Program-made: the position numbers and the translations under genes
The notes under the pieces: model-generated
Database searches by the model: none
Seen by the model: only the letters and a program-made list of their open reading frames with translations
Told to the model about the DNA's origin: nothing
NCBI GenBank assembly: GCA_004764695.1
Contig: SMSO01000032.1
Span: 1,860,001-1,924,000 of the forward strand
Length of the DNA: 64,000 bases
Source: Schizochytrium sp. TIO01
Lineage: Eukaryota > Protista > Bigyra: Labyrinthulomycetes
Reading direction: 5' to 3'
Part shown: positions 39,001-51,509 of the stretch, one piece after another
Layout of the letters: every line of letters starts with the position of its first letter
Numbering within the stretch: position 1 is the first letter of the stretch

Positions 39001-41500
39001 TTACCTACATCCAAGCATGATGTAACTCGAATCGATGGTTGGAGAGGTTGAACTAACCTAACCCCATCGATCATCTTTAACTACTTTCAAGGATGTCTTA
39101 ATACTACATAAACCCATCTGCCCTGGAATCCATTCTCCAGGACAGCAGTTCGCTAACACTTAAATCAACCTTCTTATAACCTTCATCAAGCTAATCAGTA
39201 GTAACTTTCAGCAGCCTCACAGTAACTATCCTGTAGATGATGGACCTTGCCATTCCAACAATACTGCCCAAGTCCTAACGAATAATCATCTCAAATCGGA
39301 TCAAATCGGATCTAAGGTCAGTACAGACAGCCTCAAAAGGATTTCTAATGGATTTTGATTACAATCTTCATGTCACATCAAATCTTAAGCTGTTTTCTGA
39401 CTATGAAAACATGTTATCAATGCATGTAGCTCAACGATCTTCAGTTTCTGTTTTAAGAAAGGGAAACTAGAAACACAAATGAGAACGACGTATCTAGGAA
39501 ATTACTTACCTTTATTCTAAAAGGTACCAATATTATCCAGCCTACGGAGAGCTGCGGTCAGCAGTTTGACCTTGGAGATGAATAACAGATCCAACCGATT
39601 CATGTTACAGTCGGAAAACCAAGACAGGCTTGTATTAGGTGTAACTGAGATTAAGCTGAGTTGTGTCTCGTCCACGGATCCATATTTAACTCTGATGTCT
39701 TCTCTTTAGTACCTAGTACACTTTCAAACCTGAGTTTCCCTAAGTTACAAATTTGATTGTTTAGTAGTTATTCTATACTGCTTTTAATACTTTTGAGTTT
39801 ACGAAGATGTGCCAAGGACTCTGACAATGAATTTTGCACATAATCCTTCGATTCAAGTTGTTAGCCTACCCTGCCCACCCTATTAAGCAACAACTCTACA
39901 TCTTCAAAATAGAATGTAAATTATTTTGATTTTAAAATTCAAGATCTAATCAGCTTTAATTCGACTGGCAGAGCGATTCACCAAGTCACAGCAGTTCATG
40001 TCGAACTTTCGAGAGACTAAGATAGTCATAATCTATATTAAACAGAAGTGACGATGTCAGTCTGTCTCTTCTAAGGAATTATCAACCTGAGTTCTCTTGT
40101 TTGTGTTCTAATGTGTGTATATATCGAATTCCTCGGCTCCTGAGCTGCATAGTTAGATGCTGTAATCGTAGTTTTCATGCATTCCCTAGGCTTTCAGGAG
40201 TTATAGGATTCATCAATGGTTTCAGCAATGTGATTCTTCGCTCAATAAGCTCAGCCGCGAAGGTTATCGTCAAGTAAACCCAATCACCCTGTATGAGCTT
40301 ACATGGGGCTGTTGAAATTGACAATCAGAAAGCAGAGCAGGTTTAATACTGCTAAAATTCTATGCGATCCATTATGAAAGCCCCCGCTCATATAATGTAT
40401 TAGGAATCATATTGGTGTTGGACTCAATAGATTTCAAGGCCCCAAGCCTAAGACATAAGTTACTCCTCAAGAGATTCCTGGATTACCGATAAGGAAACTC
40501 AAATCAATGGTTCGTAACAGGTAGCAAGCTCTATCTTCAATGATGTCCATAAGTTGTGAATAAAAAACTCATATGACGTAAATTATAGTATCGGAAGCCC
40601 TGGAATACTATACCAAGATCTGCAGATTGCTAAATTCTGAGTCAAAGTTTCTTAACCTACACTTGCCACTAAGCTTAGTAACCAACCTCTACCCGTTAAC
40701 TACATTTTTTCTAATCAACCTTTTGGGCGATAAATATCAAATTTCTATTAGTAGAGCTACTGAACAACTCTTGACAAAATTTGGGCACCTTAGCTTATAT
40801 TCTGTAAAAAGGCCTCAGTCTACTAAGATAGTTTAAGTTGAACACACTTGGACGAATCGCCATGAATAGTTTGTTTTGACAAGTTTGTTTGCACCTTCTA
40901 TATGAAAGTAATTGTGGAAAAACCAGACCAAGAACAAGCTTCTTTCTCAAGAGTGCCGTTAAACTTCCGGTGCTTTGAAGCATGGCTATAAACCAATAGT
41001 ATCGATAGGACCACTTTGGTAGTATCTGGGTATAGCTCGATAGCTTTTGGTTACCAGAATAGTTGCTAGCGCTTGGTGTTCTAGGGTTAAGGAGCTGCTG
41101 AGTTATTGGGTGCAAATTTCAGTAAACTCGCATAATGAATTACAGGCAACAGGATTTAACTTTTCTTAGCATTAGCATCTTGACATATTTATCCACGATT
41201 ATGTCTTGCGTTGAAGTCAAACTCTATTTTCCCAGTTCTAGCACTTGAATGATCGGAGTGATGCCTAGATGCAACGGAATGTTATGCGTGCCCAGTATCT
41301 CAATTTGGAATCGTATTCTCTATATGATAGGTTACTACTCTTTCTTGATAGATTAGCGTTTCTGGTTACACTGGCACTACTGTGCTTTGTCATCGATTTT
41401 TTGCTTGCTGGGCAGAAACATTCGAGTGGATGAATATATTCTATGTTGTTCGTGATTGACATCGCTTGTGTTACAAATCTTGAATACTATAGTACAGCGT
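36100..41500 (-). pseudogene. Large decayed gene relic (copy A), unidentified, helical-looking protein
   Basis: About 37% GC by spot counts, no microsatellites. Minus-strand frames are protein-like but broken by stops (FKEAIEHYFDHGKFDNA*, ...ADLKRLQRKLLDMF*, RYLQQRTSLGRTLEVNFAWANSYL*). GTAAGT donors at 39509, 38710 and 36152. Segment 37700-37800 is homologous to 44620-44710. Boundaries approximate. Confidence 0.45.
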
Positions 41501-42886
41501 TTTGCTCTTTTAAAAGACGATGAGTCACAATTGCTGCGGCAAACATGTCACTTATATATCTCCCTTGAGTTACGTATATTCCAAGCTCAGAACCAAACAT
41601 GATTCACGATCTGATTACATTAGGCCGTCTACTGCGATCAGAGCCCTGCAAATGAAACTTAATTGTTATACATCATCTATACTGCGTGTCATACAAATAT
41701 CAAACTTAAAGGTTGCAAAAACTAAAATGAAATATATTTATATACATGTATATAAATTGATAGTTCTTGTCGTGTATTATTAAGACGAATTCTGACTTCA
41801 AAGCAAAACCCTAGCATTGAATTTAGGAATAACATTGAGTTTATTTTGGTCACATTGTTGCTTTGCAGATTGTTGCTGTGACCTGAAGGGACCATATAAC
41901 CTCCATGACAGTATCAACTTCTTTCCAACAGGAAATAGAAAATAATATAGTAAGATATTCTCCAATACTGCTTAGAAAAGTTTTGTGAGTGCACAGCAAG
42001 CCATCCTACTCGACTTTTTGTTATTGCTTGTAGTCTCATCTTCTTATCCCAGCCCTCCTATCTCAATACCTAAAATAGTAATAAAAATCTTAATTGTAGT
42101 ATCGTAGTATCACATAGTAGTATCATGCATGAAACCACACTAACTCGCATCCCTGCAAGTGGGTTTCTCACGTCGCTAAAGAATTTCTCCGCCGAGTTTG
42201 TGCCACCTCTGTTTCTCTGCCATAATTTACACACTGTTCTCTAAGCGCATCATTTAACACTTTTGGGGCGAAGGCATAATTTGTGCTACATGGATTTGTG
42301 CTACCTTGCCTTTTTAAGATGCGGTTTTGGATACCTCCGTCCCAAAAATTAACAAAACAAAAAACTACTTTCAATTTTTACAAGCCGTAGCCTCTTAGTA
42401 CGACACTATGCAACACCTATACCAAACTATAATCCTCGCCGCGGTTTGCAAAACCCAAAAGCGAGTCCTACCCTCGCCGATGCGTTTTTTGTGCAACTCG
42501 TCCCATCATGCGACGCAAAGTCCGCCAGACCGCCAACTCTGTTCCTTTGACAGATCGTTTCATCTTCTTCGAAGGCTTTGGTTGGGGTGTTGGAGGACAT
42601 TCGTTCACATAGAATATCCCAAAGGGCACAGAGGCTCTCTGCTGTTGAAAACAGGGAGTAGTCGCTCTTGGAACTGGGAGTTTTATTCTTTCCATTTCTT
42701 AACTTAACACGCCCTCTTTCTTCGCTTCTAGCCCTTGCCTTGTGATAAAGGAAATCTTGCTTCGTAGCAAAGCTCGATATATTCTTATCTTGCAGTAGGT
42801 TCGACTTGATTTCCTCGTCTGTTAGAGCTCGAAGAGCTGACTTCTAGCGACCTAAGTCCTTTGCGGGTTAAAGTAAGATACGCTTC

Positions 42887-44191
42887 ATGGATACTCTTAT
42901 GATGCGCGCTTCAAGGCTTGCTTCGGCATCGGTGTTTCGCATTGGCATGACGAAACCTGCCACTAGGTTGGCAACCTTAGGAGCTTTGCAAGTACGACGA
43001 GAACTGAGTAGTTCTGCTCGTACATCTATTCTTGACAATGGGCATGATCTGAACGAAGATCAAATCATGCTACAAGACATGGCACGCTCATTCGCAGCTC
43101 AAGAGATGACCCCCTACGCTGAAGAGTGGGACCGCGAAAAAATTCTTCCAGAGGAAACACTCAAGCACGCAGCGCAGCTTGGATTTGCAGGAATCTTTGC
43201 GGACGCAGAGTACGGCGGGTGCGGTATGTCGCGCCTAGACGGAACTATCATTTTTGAAGAGCTGTCTTACGCTTGTCCTAGCACAACAGCGTACCTTACC
43301 ATTCACAACATGGTGACACGGATGATCGATCAGTTTGCTTCTGATGAGCAACGACAAAGATTCCTTCCTGACCTTTGCTCAATGGAGAAGTTTGCCTCCT
43401 ACTGCCTGACGGAACCTGGTAGCGGAAGTGATGCAAGCTCCTTGAGCACCAAAGCGGAGCTCTCAGAAGATGGCAAAGAGTACATTCTAAATGGATCCAA
43501 AGCATTTATCTCTGGAGGCGGTCGCAGTGATCTGTACATGGTGATGGCACGGACAGGTGGACAGGGCCCAAAGGGCATTTCTTCAATTGTTGTGGAAAAG
43601 GGAACTCCAGGTCTTAGTTTTGGTGCAAATGAACGAAAGCTTGGCTGGAACTCGCAGCCCACATGTGAAGTTTTCTTTGATGACTGCCGTGTACCAGTAG
43701 AGAACCGCATTGGCGAGGAGGGTCATGGGTTTAAATTTGCTATGGCAGGTCTTGACGGTGGTCGTCTTAGCATCGGAACTTGTAGCATTGGTGCAGCAAA
43801 ACGTTGTTTTGATTTAACGCGCGAATATGTCGCTCAACGCAAACAATTTGGGAAACCTCTCAGTGAAAACCAAAGCATTCAGTTCAAGCTCGCTGATATG
43901 GCTACAGAGCTTCATGCTGCGCGTCTTATGATTCGCAACGCAGCTAAAATGCTTGATGCTAAGGATCCTCATGCCACAGCATTCTGTGCTATGGCTAAAC
44001 GGTTTTCTACTGATGCTGGTTTTAAAATATGTAACGAGGCACTTCAAATGCATGGCGGATACGGCTACCTCCAGGGTAACAACAGCCCGGAGCGTTACCT
44101 TCGCGATGTTCGCGTTCATCAGATTTTGGAGGGCACAAATGAAATTATGCGACACATTGTTTCTCGCAATATTCTCCAGCTTCAGACTTAA
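42887..44191 (+). CDS. ACAD8: Mitochondrial isobutyryl-CoA dehydrogenase (acyl-CoA dehydrogenase family member 8)
   Basis: 434-aa ORF with an Arg/Ser/Ala-rich N-terminal transit-peptide-like leader. ACAD8-type motifs STTAYLTIHNM, MEKFASYCLTEPGSGSDA, LNGSKAFISGGG, GWNSQPT, ALQMHGGYGYL and RVHQILEGTNEIMR. Confidence 0.93.
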   Translation: MDTLMMRASRLASASVFRIGMTKPATRLATLGALQVRRELSSSARTSILDNGHDLNEDQIMLQDMARSFAAQEMTPYAEEWDREKILPEETLKHAAQLGFAGIFADAEYGGCGMSRLDGTIIFEELSYACPSTTAYLTIHNMVTRMIDQFASDEQRQRFLPDLCSMEKFASYCLTEPGSGSDASSLSTKAELSEDGKEYILNGSKAFISGGGRSDLYMVMARTGGQGPKGISSIVVEKGTPGLSFGANERKLGWNSQPTCEVFFDDCRVPVENRIGEEGHGFKFAMAGLDGGRLSIGTCSIGAAKRCFDLTREYVAQRKQFGKPLSENQSIQFKLADMATELHAARLMIRNAAKMLDAKDPHATAFCAMAKRFSTDAGFKICNEALQMHGGYGYLQGNNSPERYLRDVRVHQILEGTNEIMRHIVSRNILQLQT

Positions 44192-44529
44192 TCCAAAATC
44201 TTGTTCAAACATCATTTCTACTTTATCATTTCAATTATTTTTGTCTTCGCGAAATCAAAATATTCAGGATGGCTCATGCTGGGTTCTTGTCGTGTACTAT
44301 ATGCACATGACATTTTACTAAGATAAATTCAGTGCATTGCGATCGATATATTGAACTTGAAAGCTGCCTACAGTGTCTATTCCATGAAAGCTAGCTTCTT
44401 TGCTTTACCAAAACATATTTCCTGGTGTTTGCTTGCTGAGATCTTCAATCGAAGGAATTAGTCGATGCTAGAGTTCTATGGATTTCATTGCAAGACCTCA
44501 AGGACTATGGATTTACATAGGAATAGAAA

Positions 44530-44735
44530 TAGCCAGCCAAACTTGCACGGCTGTGACACCATACATATGCTATACGTCAAAAGACTACATGCAGATCCCC
44601 TAGAATCAAGTATGGTGGAATCTAAATTGATAGTTGAAGAGATGAGTTGACCTAACTTTTGAAAGGTGATTCTGGTCAGCTTGAGGTTGACTGTAAAGAT
44701 GAAGGCAAAGGTCTTGATAATTGCTTTAAAAGTTA
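44530..44735 (+). pseudogene. Fragment of a paralog of the 36-41.5 kb relic (copy B)
   Basis: 44671-44687 is the exact reverse complement of 37720-37736 (17 nt) and 44696-44708 of 37700-37712 (13 nt). The frame reads L T * L L K G D S G Q L E V D C K D E G K. The relic may extend to about 45300. Confidence 0.55.
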
Positions 44736-45380
44736 AACTCTCGATTAACCTCCCAGCATAACACAGTAATTTGCTGCATTCAAGAACATTGCATATTTAT
44801 GTGCAAGGTCAGATCTGCAATTAAGCAATCAGAAAGAATGTATTTCAATAAATTCTCAAGATCCTACCACATCTCGATTTGAAGATCTAAATTCTGGGTA
44901 TTTTTTATAATTCTTTTTAAGTGAGTCCCAAGACTTCTCTCAACGCATGCCAGGGTTTCTAAGTCTAGACCTTCTCCTGAAAAACATGCTTGAAGGGAGA
45001 TTTCGAAAAGTCCCAGGAGCGAATCATTTTGACTCTAGCTTCATGCTTCTAGAAGGATAGATTTTGGAGGTGCCCTCTTCTTTCTTAAGATACTGCTTCT
45101 CAAGTGATATAGTGAATGAACTCATAGTTCCTGTTGAAACCTTTAGTCGCTACTTCGATGCATGATAAAAGAAAGTGTCTCTTGCTTCCTGACCATCTAT
45201 TGTGGCCACAGATTGATTTCAGTGCAAATACGAAAGCCATGTCTTAGTGTCCTGTGTTGATCTATATATAAGATTTCTACATTTGCAATTTTTTGCTGGT
45301 GCTCCACCATTGCGTAGTGAAGTTGAGGATCACCGAATCGGTTCATATATCTTGTTAAAATAGCTGCTGTTGTTGCCAGT

Positions 45381-45388
45381 AGCAGCAT

Positions 45389-45425
<37 letters not shown>

Positions 45426-45430
45426 AACAA
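45381..45430. repeat. (CAG)n/(CAA)n trinucleotide repeat outside any supported CDS
   Basis: Directly visible. Confidence 0.9.
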
Positions 45431-45775
45431 CAAAACAAAACGATAAAAAGAAAGATGATATGATGATAACAATAATGATGAAAATCAAAAGCAACTGGTG
45501 CTATAGAAACTACTAACTTTAGATAATTAACGATGGGTAGTGTATATGTGCATCGTAGGAGTGAAGTATGAATATTAAAGTAAGAGGGATAAGTGTAGCA
45601 ATAAACTTCCAAGACATTAGTTTAATTTATACATTTTAAATTAAAATAGTATACAACTTGATTTGACAGAATTTGGGTCAAATTGTGTACATAACTATTT
45701 GCAGATTTTCTCTCTCTTGCTGAAGAAGAGAAAGAGATCATTTACCTTTCCATGATTATTAAGACTTGTGAGGAC

Positions 45776-48043
45776 TCAGAAAGAATCCGACTTGAGCTTT
45801 TTGACTCCATCAACGTTTTCACCATTCATAGCTTCACTGCTTAGTTTCTTTTTGCTTTCCTTGGCCTCAGCACTTATATCTAAAGATTTGCGTTTCAAAA
45901 TATTCGTAAGACCCTCTGGGACAACCACGGGCGAACTTGAAATTTTCTTGGCAGAAATTTCATCTTTGACAGGTATTGGTGAAGATGAATTTGACTCAAG
46001 TCGAGGTTCTGGTGTCGCAGCGCGTTTCGATACCGCTTCCTCACGACTTTTATTGAGCGAAGTTCGCAAAGGGTCTACTCGACGAAGCGGCGGAAGCGCT
46101 AATCCTCGGCTGCAGTCTAGCATCGAACGAACCACAAGTGAGAAGTTGGCTGCATTGCGCTCAATCTTCTCTTGCTCCGCCCGAAATTTAGCACAGTCAG
46201 GACCAACCACAACGAAGCGCTTAAACCCCCAATGCGAACGACCAACAAACTCAACATGATCTTGTAAAATCTTGAGTAGACTCTTTGGAAGGCTTTCACG
46301 ATCTTCATTGCTATATCCCGGTCGGCAATCAGACACAAGTTTTCTAACTGAAGCGCGATATTGCTTTGGTGTAAGTCCATGATATTTTGTTCTCTTCATA
46401 AAGTGAAAGAGAAAACCCTTTTCAATGATATCTGTTGTGAAAACAATGTTCTCTGGTGTGGATTTCTCATAATTTACTGAAAAAGCAGTCAACACTTCTA
46501 CATTTAGCCAGCGCGGAGGTAGCGGTGCAGCATGACGCTCGCTTGGTAAGCTGCTGCCGTCAACACTAGACGTTGAAGAGTTAGACCTCATTGAAAAGTC
46601 AAGTCCAGCTTGACCGGGTCCCACCATCGCGAGACCCGACGGGAGGAATATTTCAGAGGTAGAAAATGGTTGCTGATGCTGGCTTGATTGCTGCTGAAAC
46701 ATTTGCTGTTGTAATTGAAGCTGTTGCAAGTAAATTTGCGCATCAGCTCCATTCATAGCAAGTTGCTGGGGGGCACTCACTATTGCCTGAGGTGCGTTCA
46801 GCTGTTGGGACGAGATCCACGATTGCCATGCAGATATCTGTTGCTGGCCCATAGGCCATGAACTTATGAAGTTTCCTTGCACTACCGGCAATAACCCTTG
46901 CTGACTTTGCATTGGTATGACCTGAATCTGCTGTTGTTGTTGTTGTTGCTGCTGCTGTTGCTGTTGTTGTTGCTGCTGCTGGAGGTTTTGAGCATGATTC
47001 ATAAAATCTTGCAATGCTTGTAAATCAGCAGGTTGTTGCATTCCTAGCATCGATGCGTATGCCTCCCAGTTGTTTCTTGCTTGCTGCATCTGTTGTTGTT
47101 GCTGCTGCTGCTGCTGCTGCGGAATCGTGTGCATTGATTTCTGAGAGGTTTGGTTCATATCTTTAGACGGATTCTGAGTTGATGCAGCAAGTCTAAAGTC
47201 AGTTTGCATTGTCAAATTACCACAGTTTAATTTATTTTGATAGCTCTGGTCTGAGCCTTGTCGAGCTAGTTCCTCACGTTTTTGAAGAATTTGCATCTGT
47301 TGTTCTTGCAACAGTCTACGCTCTTCATTTTGAGATGAAGGATTAGGCATGGACACTTGTCCATTCTGGAATTTAAGCCACTCACTAAGCAAACGCTTGT
47401 CAACGAGATCGGGAAGCACAGTCTGAATGTTTTGCGGCATAGCAGTCATATTCTGATTGAGAGTTGGTGGGCTAGACTGAGAAGGGCCATCCTCATTTCG
47501 CTTTGGTTCTTGACGCTGGGCGTGCTTTTGTGACTGGCGAGAAGGGGATTCTGACTGACTGATGAAGAACCGAGGCGAGGTCTCACGGTAGTTCTGATTC
47601 TGGTTATGATTCTGCCCTGATATGCTTTTGACGCCTTGTTCTTCCTTCGTGGGTATTTTTTCACGAATAGTGGATGCGGAAGAATTGACAGCAGGCTTTG
47701 AAGCGGCAACTTGACGCAAGAGTTGAAGAAATTGACTGTGCTGTGTATTTGAGGTAGCTAAGAGCTCCTTCTCAGGAGATTTAGGGCTGGAGTCATTGCT
47801 TTGAGATGTCTGATTGACGTGTTGAATAGTATCCTTCGCGGCATATCCTTCGTCCTTTTCCGATGGCAAGCTCTTGCGCGAGAGTTGCGCAAGTTCCGAC
47901 TTTGAATGTGGGCCAAAAACGCTGGTTTGCATCATATTTTTTGGTAAGAGAGGCTGACCTTGCGAGCTGCCATCACCCGTCTGTCGTAGCTGCTGGCCTT
48001 TTAATGAGTTGATGAGATGATCGACCCATGCTGTGCTCTGCAT
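45776..48043 (-). CDS. PolyQ/Ser-rich protein with one globular C-terminal domain; putative transcription regulator
   Basis: 755-aa uninterrupted ORF with several polyQ tracts encoded by mixed CAG/CAA, an ordered segment of about 115 aa (WLNVEV...HWGFKRFVVVG) and a basic C-terminus (LKRK, KKKL). The function call is inference. Confidence 0.85.
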   Translation of the reverse strand: MQSTAWVDHLINSLKGQQLRQTGDGSSQGQPLLPKNMMQTSVFGPHSKSELAQLSRKSLPSEKDEGYAAKDTIQHVNQTSQSNDSSPKSPEKELLATSNTQHSQFLQLLRQVAASKPAVNSSASTIREKIPTKEEQGVKSISGQNHNQNQNYRETSPRFFISQSESPSRQSQKHAQRQEPKRNEDGPSQSSPPTLNQNMTAMPQNIQTVLPDLVDKRLLSEWLKFQNGQVSMPNPSSQNEERRLLQEQQMQILQKREELARQGSDQSYQNKLNCGNLTMQTDFRLAASTQNPSKDMNQTSQKSMHTIPQQQQQQQQQQMQQARNNWEAYASMLGMQQPADLQALQDFMNHAQNLQQQQQQQQQQQQQQQQQQIQVIPMQSQQGLLPVVQGNFISSWPMGQQQISAWQSWISSQQLNAPQAIVSAPQQLAMNGADAQIYLQQLQLQQQMFQQQSSQHQQPFSTSEIFLPSGLAMVGPGQAGLDFSMRSNSSTSSVDGSSLPSERHAAPLPPRWLNVEVLTAFSVNYEKSTPENIVFTTDIIEKGFLFHFMKRTKYHGLTPKQYRASVRKLVSDCRPGYSNEDRESLPKSLLKILQDHVEFVGRSHWGFKRFVVVGPDCAKFRAEQEKIERNAANFSLVVRSMLDCSRGLALPPLRRVDPLRTSLNKSREEAVSKRAATPEPRLESNSSSPIPVKDEISAKKISSSPVVVPEGLTNILKRKSLDISAEAKESKKKLSSEAMNGENVDGVKKLKSDSF

Positions 48044-49015
48044 TTTCTCCGGCGTAATCTATTGTCGAAAGCTTGCTGGCCGGTTGGCAAAACTCTTCGA
48101 TTACTGATTTGTTGGCCTGCACAAATTTCACGAGATGTTAACTAGTATGCCTTCAAGAGTCGGATAGCGTACCTAGGAGTTGGGTGCTTGTTTGTATAGC
48201 TTCGCTCAAGTATTAAACAGACCCTTGGACTCCTCAATTCCGATTTGCTTCCAAGCAGCAATCACGTTTAGGGAGTCTCGATGAAGCAGGTTGGATAGCT
48301 CGTATACGTTTCTCTTCGTGCTGGAGGAAACGTTTGTTAGGGCTCAGATGCCATCGACCGCGCACCGTCGAGGAGTCTTGAAGACTTTTTTGCGCAAGTC
48401 AATATTTCAATACTGCCGGTCGCACGTAAAAGTAGAAACAAATGAAATATATTTGAGAGGGTATATAGTTCAATTAAAAGCTGCCACGACTTGTAGCATA
48501 GGTGATTGCTGCGTTGTGCTTTGTAATTGCCACCCTGGATCACTGTTTTGAATTTCACTAGGTTATCGATTTTTGATTTCGATTTCGATTTCGTTTTTTT
48601 TTTTTTTTTTTTTTTAAGGTGAGACGACAGTTTTTATTTAAATAATAATTTTTAAAACCAGAAACAAAAGTCGTGCTCCTGGACATACAAACTCACAGAC
48701 TCTTTTTTTTTTTTCGAACCCGGGAAGAAGTAGTTTGTTTTCTAATCGTTCACTTTTTTTCCTTTAAAATATATATACCAATCATTCAAACAAAACTCTT
48801 CTAAAGATCATAAACAAGAAAAAAAAAAAAAAAAAAAAAAACTATGCAAAACATTCGGTTGAGGAAAGCACTAGCTGGCGTTGTATCAATCTTGATTCGA
48901 AACGTAAATCAAAAGTGATTGAGGTGGCCTACAAGCCTCACATTGCAAGCCTGCTGGCCTAAGGTGATCATGCGAGGGCTCGAAATGTGGCGGTCGACCT
49001 TATCGCCGTTACAGA

Positions 49016-49172
49016 AAGGAAAACCAGCTCAAGGAAAACCAGCTCAAGGAAACAAACAAACAAACAAACAAACAAACAAACAAACAAACAAACAAACAAA
49101 CAAACAAACAAACAATTTCAAACAAACAATTGCAAACAATTACAAACAAACAAACAATTACAAACAAACAAC
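49016..49172. repeat. 15-bp duplication followed by (AAAC)n microsatellite with degenerate tail
   Basis: aaggaaaaccagctc twice, then (aaac)n to about 49114 and variant units to about 49172. Confidence 0.93.
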
Positions 49173-50034
49173 TCACTCCACGTCCAGGGCGCTGGATATG
49201 ACACTCCAAAAGTCTGTCAGTGACTGATTCGTTTTGCCTGTCTAACTCACCTCCCTGCCAACTTACAACTCCATCCCCGACTCTCTCTCCCTCTCTCTCT
49301 CTCTCTCCCTCTGCCTCCAACGCCCAAGAAGTTCCTACCTGATTACCTACCCACTCAAACAAACAAATGCTGTGGCCCTCGCCTAAGCAGCTAAGCCTGT
49401 TCTGCTCACTGGCAGCTTTTGATCGTTGCGTCCGTCTGAATCTGCCAAATCTGCCAATCTCCTGAGTCGCACTTGTTCTACAGGTACACGCGCCTCGTTA
49501 TTGCGATAGTACTACCCCACCTTCGCTTGGCGGCTACCTAGATAATGCGGGCAGTGCCACTAACTGAGTCTGCACTGCTGCCTGAGAGGACTTGATGGTA
49601 ATGAAACAACCAAGCAAGACGCGAAGAAGCAAAGCTCAAAGAAACAAGCACAGCGAGACTGCGAAGAGCAAGCGAAACAGAAGTAAGGACTTAGGAGTCC
49701 CCATTTTCAAAGCGTTCAATTTCTTTTAATATTTTTATTTTTATTTTTAAAGTAAATATGAAAAAGTCAACTTAAATCATAACTGGGCGTTGGAATTCCC
49801 TGCTGTTAGGCAATGTTTTGCAACACTAACAAAGAAGAAAGGTTGGCGCCAGGAGCAGCCAGGGTAGGTGCGCTACTCCCCAGGTCTTCCAGTCAGACTA
49901 AAACCCTTCAAGTTCTATGCTTGCTTGCTTGCTTCTAGCTAGCTTTGACGTTTAAGAAACACAAAGTTTTGCTATCGCGCTTTCTTCTCCGAGTCCTTTC
50001 GCACACCCTACGCGAAGCCTCTTGTCTTGATATG

Positions 50035-50088
50035 CAAGTTCAAGTTCAAGTTCAAGTTTAAGTTCTAGTTCAAGTTCAAGTCCAAGTT
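50035..50088. repeat. (CAAGTT)n degenerate hexanucleotide repeat
   Basis: Directly visible. Confidence 0.88.
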
Positions 50089-50351
50089 AGTTCAATTCTG
50101 CGACCTACGCTCTCCCTCACGTCGGCACTTTGAGACATCTGCTCCGCTCAGTTCTGCTGGCAGGACAAAACGAACGGCCCGTTCCATGTCAGGCTCAACT
50201 ATGAAATTACTTACTTCTCATTCACTCCCTGCTTCTGCGAGGAGTGACTTTTTATTTCATTACATCCACATTCCCGCAAACACATCGCCCTTCTGCTACT
50301 TCTTCTTCCTCCTCAGGCCCCAATTTCTTCGTACCCATCAAGTCTGTCAGT

Positions 50352-50482
<131 letters not shown>

Positions 50483-51439
50483 GCATACAAATAGATCCCC
50501 GGCTAATAAGCTCTTCGCTGAGTAGTTGGGTTAGTTGCCGAATTTGATCTCCAGTCGGGGCCCGCATTGTTCCCAGTCGCCAATCCCTCGATGCCGATCC
50601 ATCCGTGGTCCATGATTCATCCTGTTGAGGGCCTTATCGCGAGGCAGACTGACCCTCCACCGGCTCCTCCACACCTCGCTTGCTAGCCAGTCGGAGGCGC
50701 CGCCATGACATCTGTTCTGCTTCCTGCTGCTGGGAACGATTTGTTCTTTCTGCCTTTCCTTTGGTTTCCTGTTCTTTTTATTTTCTTCTTCAACTCGAAA
50801 GGTATTCATTCATTCATTCATTCATTCATTCATTGCTTCGTTCATTCATTGCTTCGTTCATTCATTCGCTCGTTTGCCTGGTGGCTTTTGCGGGCAGACC
50901 TTATACCGCTTTGTTGTGGAGATCACGCCCTTCGCGATGAAGAATAGGCAGCAAGCAATGCACAGGGCCGACCTGGTACGAGGATTTGATTTGATCTTTG
51001 ATATTGCCGGCCGCTGCTCAAGTAGTCCGTCCTCAGTCAGCTTCGAAAGTTCTTTCTTTCAACTTCGAAAAGAGAAAAGAAAAACAACAACAGAACCAAC
51101 CAAAAAGGAAGAAGAAGGCTTTTCATTTATTTACAACGAAATTGCCAGCTCGAATTCGAGTTGATTGCGCCCCCAACTGTCAAGATTAAGAACCCACCCC
51201 TCCTCAACCGCTTCTTCTTCTTCTTCTTGCCTAACCTTGGAAGGCTCACTCACTCAGACCTGAGGGCTTCTTTGCTTGCTTGTGCCGCAAGCGCGAATTA
51301 GGGCTCGGCTGCGTGGCTCTTCTCTTCTCCGCAATGCCAGAGAGAGCCGCGGCCACGAGGAGTAGAACGCGACGAAGGGCGTAACTCCAGCAAGCGCAAG
51401 TTGGCGAAACCCGCACGAAGGCGGGTACGTTGGAAAGCT

Positions 51440-51509
51440 GAGCAGAGCAGAGCAGAGCAGAGCAGAGCAGAGCAGAGCAGAGCAGAGCAGAGCAGAGCAG
51501 AGCAGAGCA
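51440..51509. repeat. (GAGCA)n pentanucleotide repeat, about 14 units
   Basis: Directly visible. Confidence 0.97.

Noticed and set aside
36000-42100. Low-GC ORF-free stretch as a centromere
   Set aside because: GC is only moderately low and the region is explained by a decayed gene; cannot be supported without CENH3 data.
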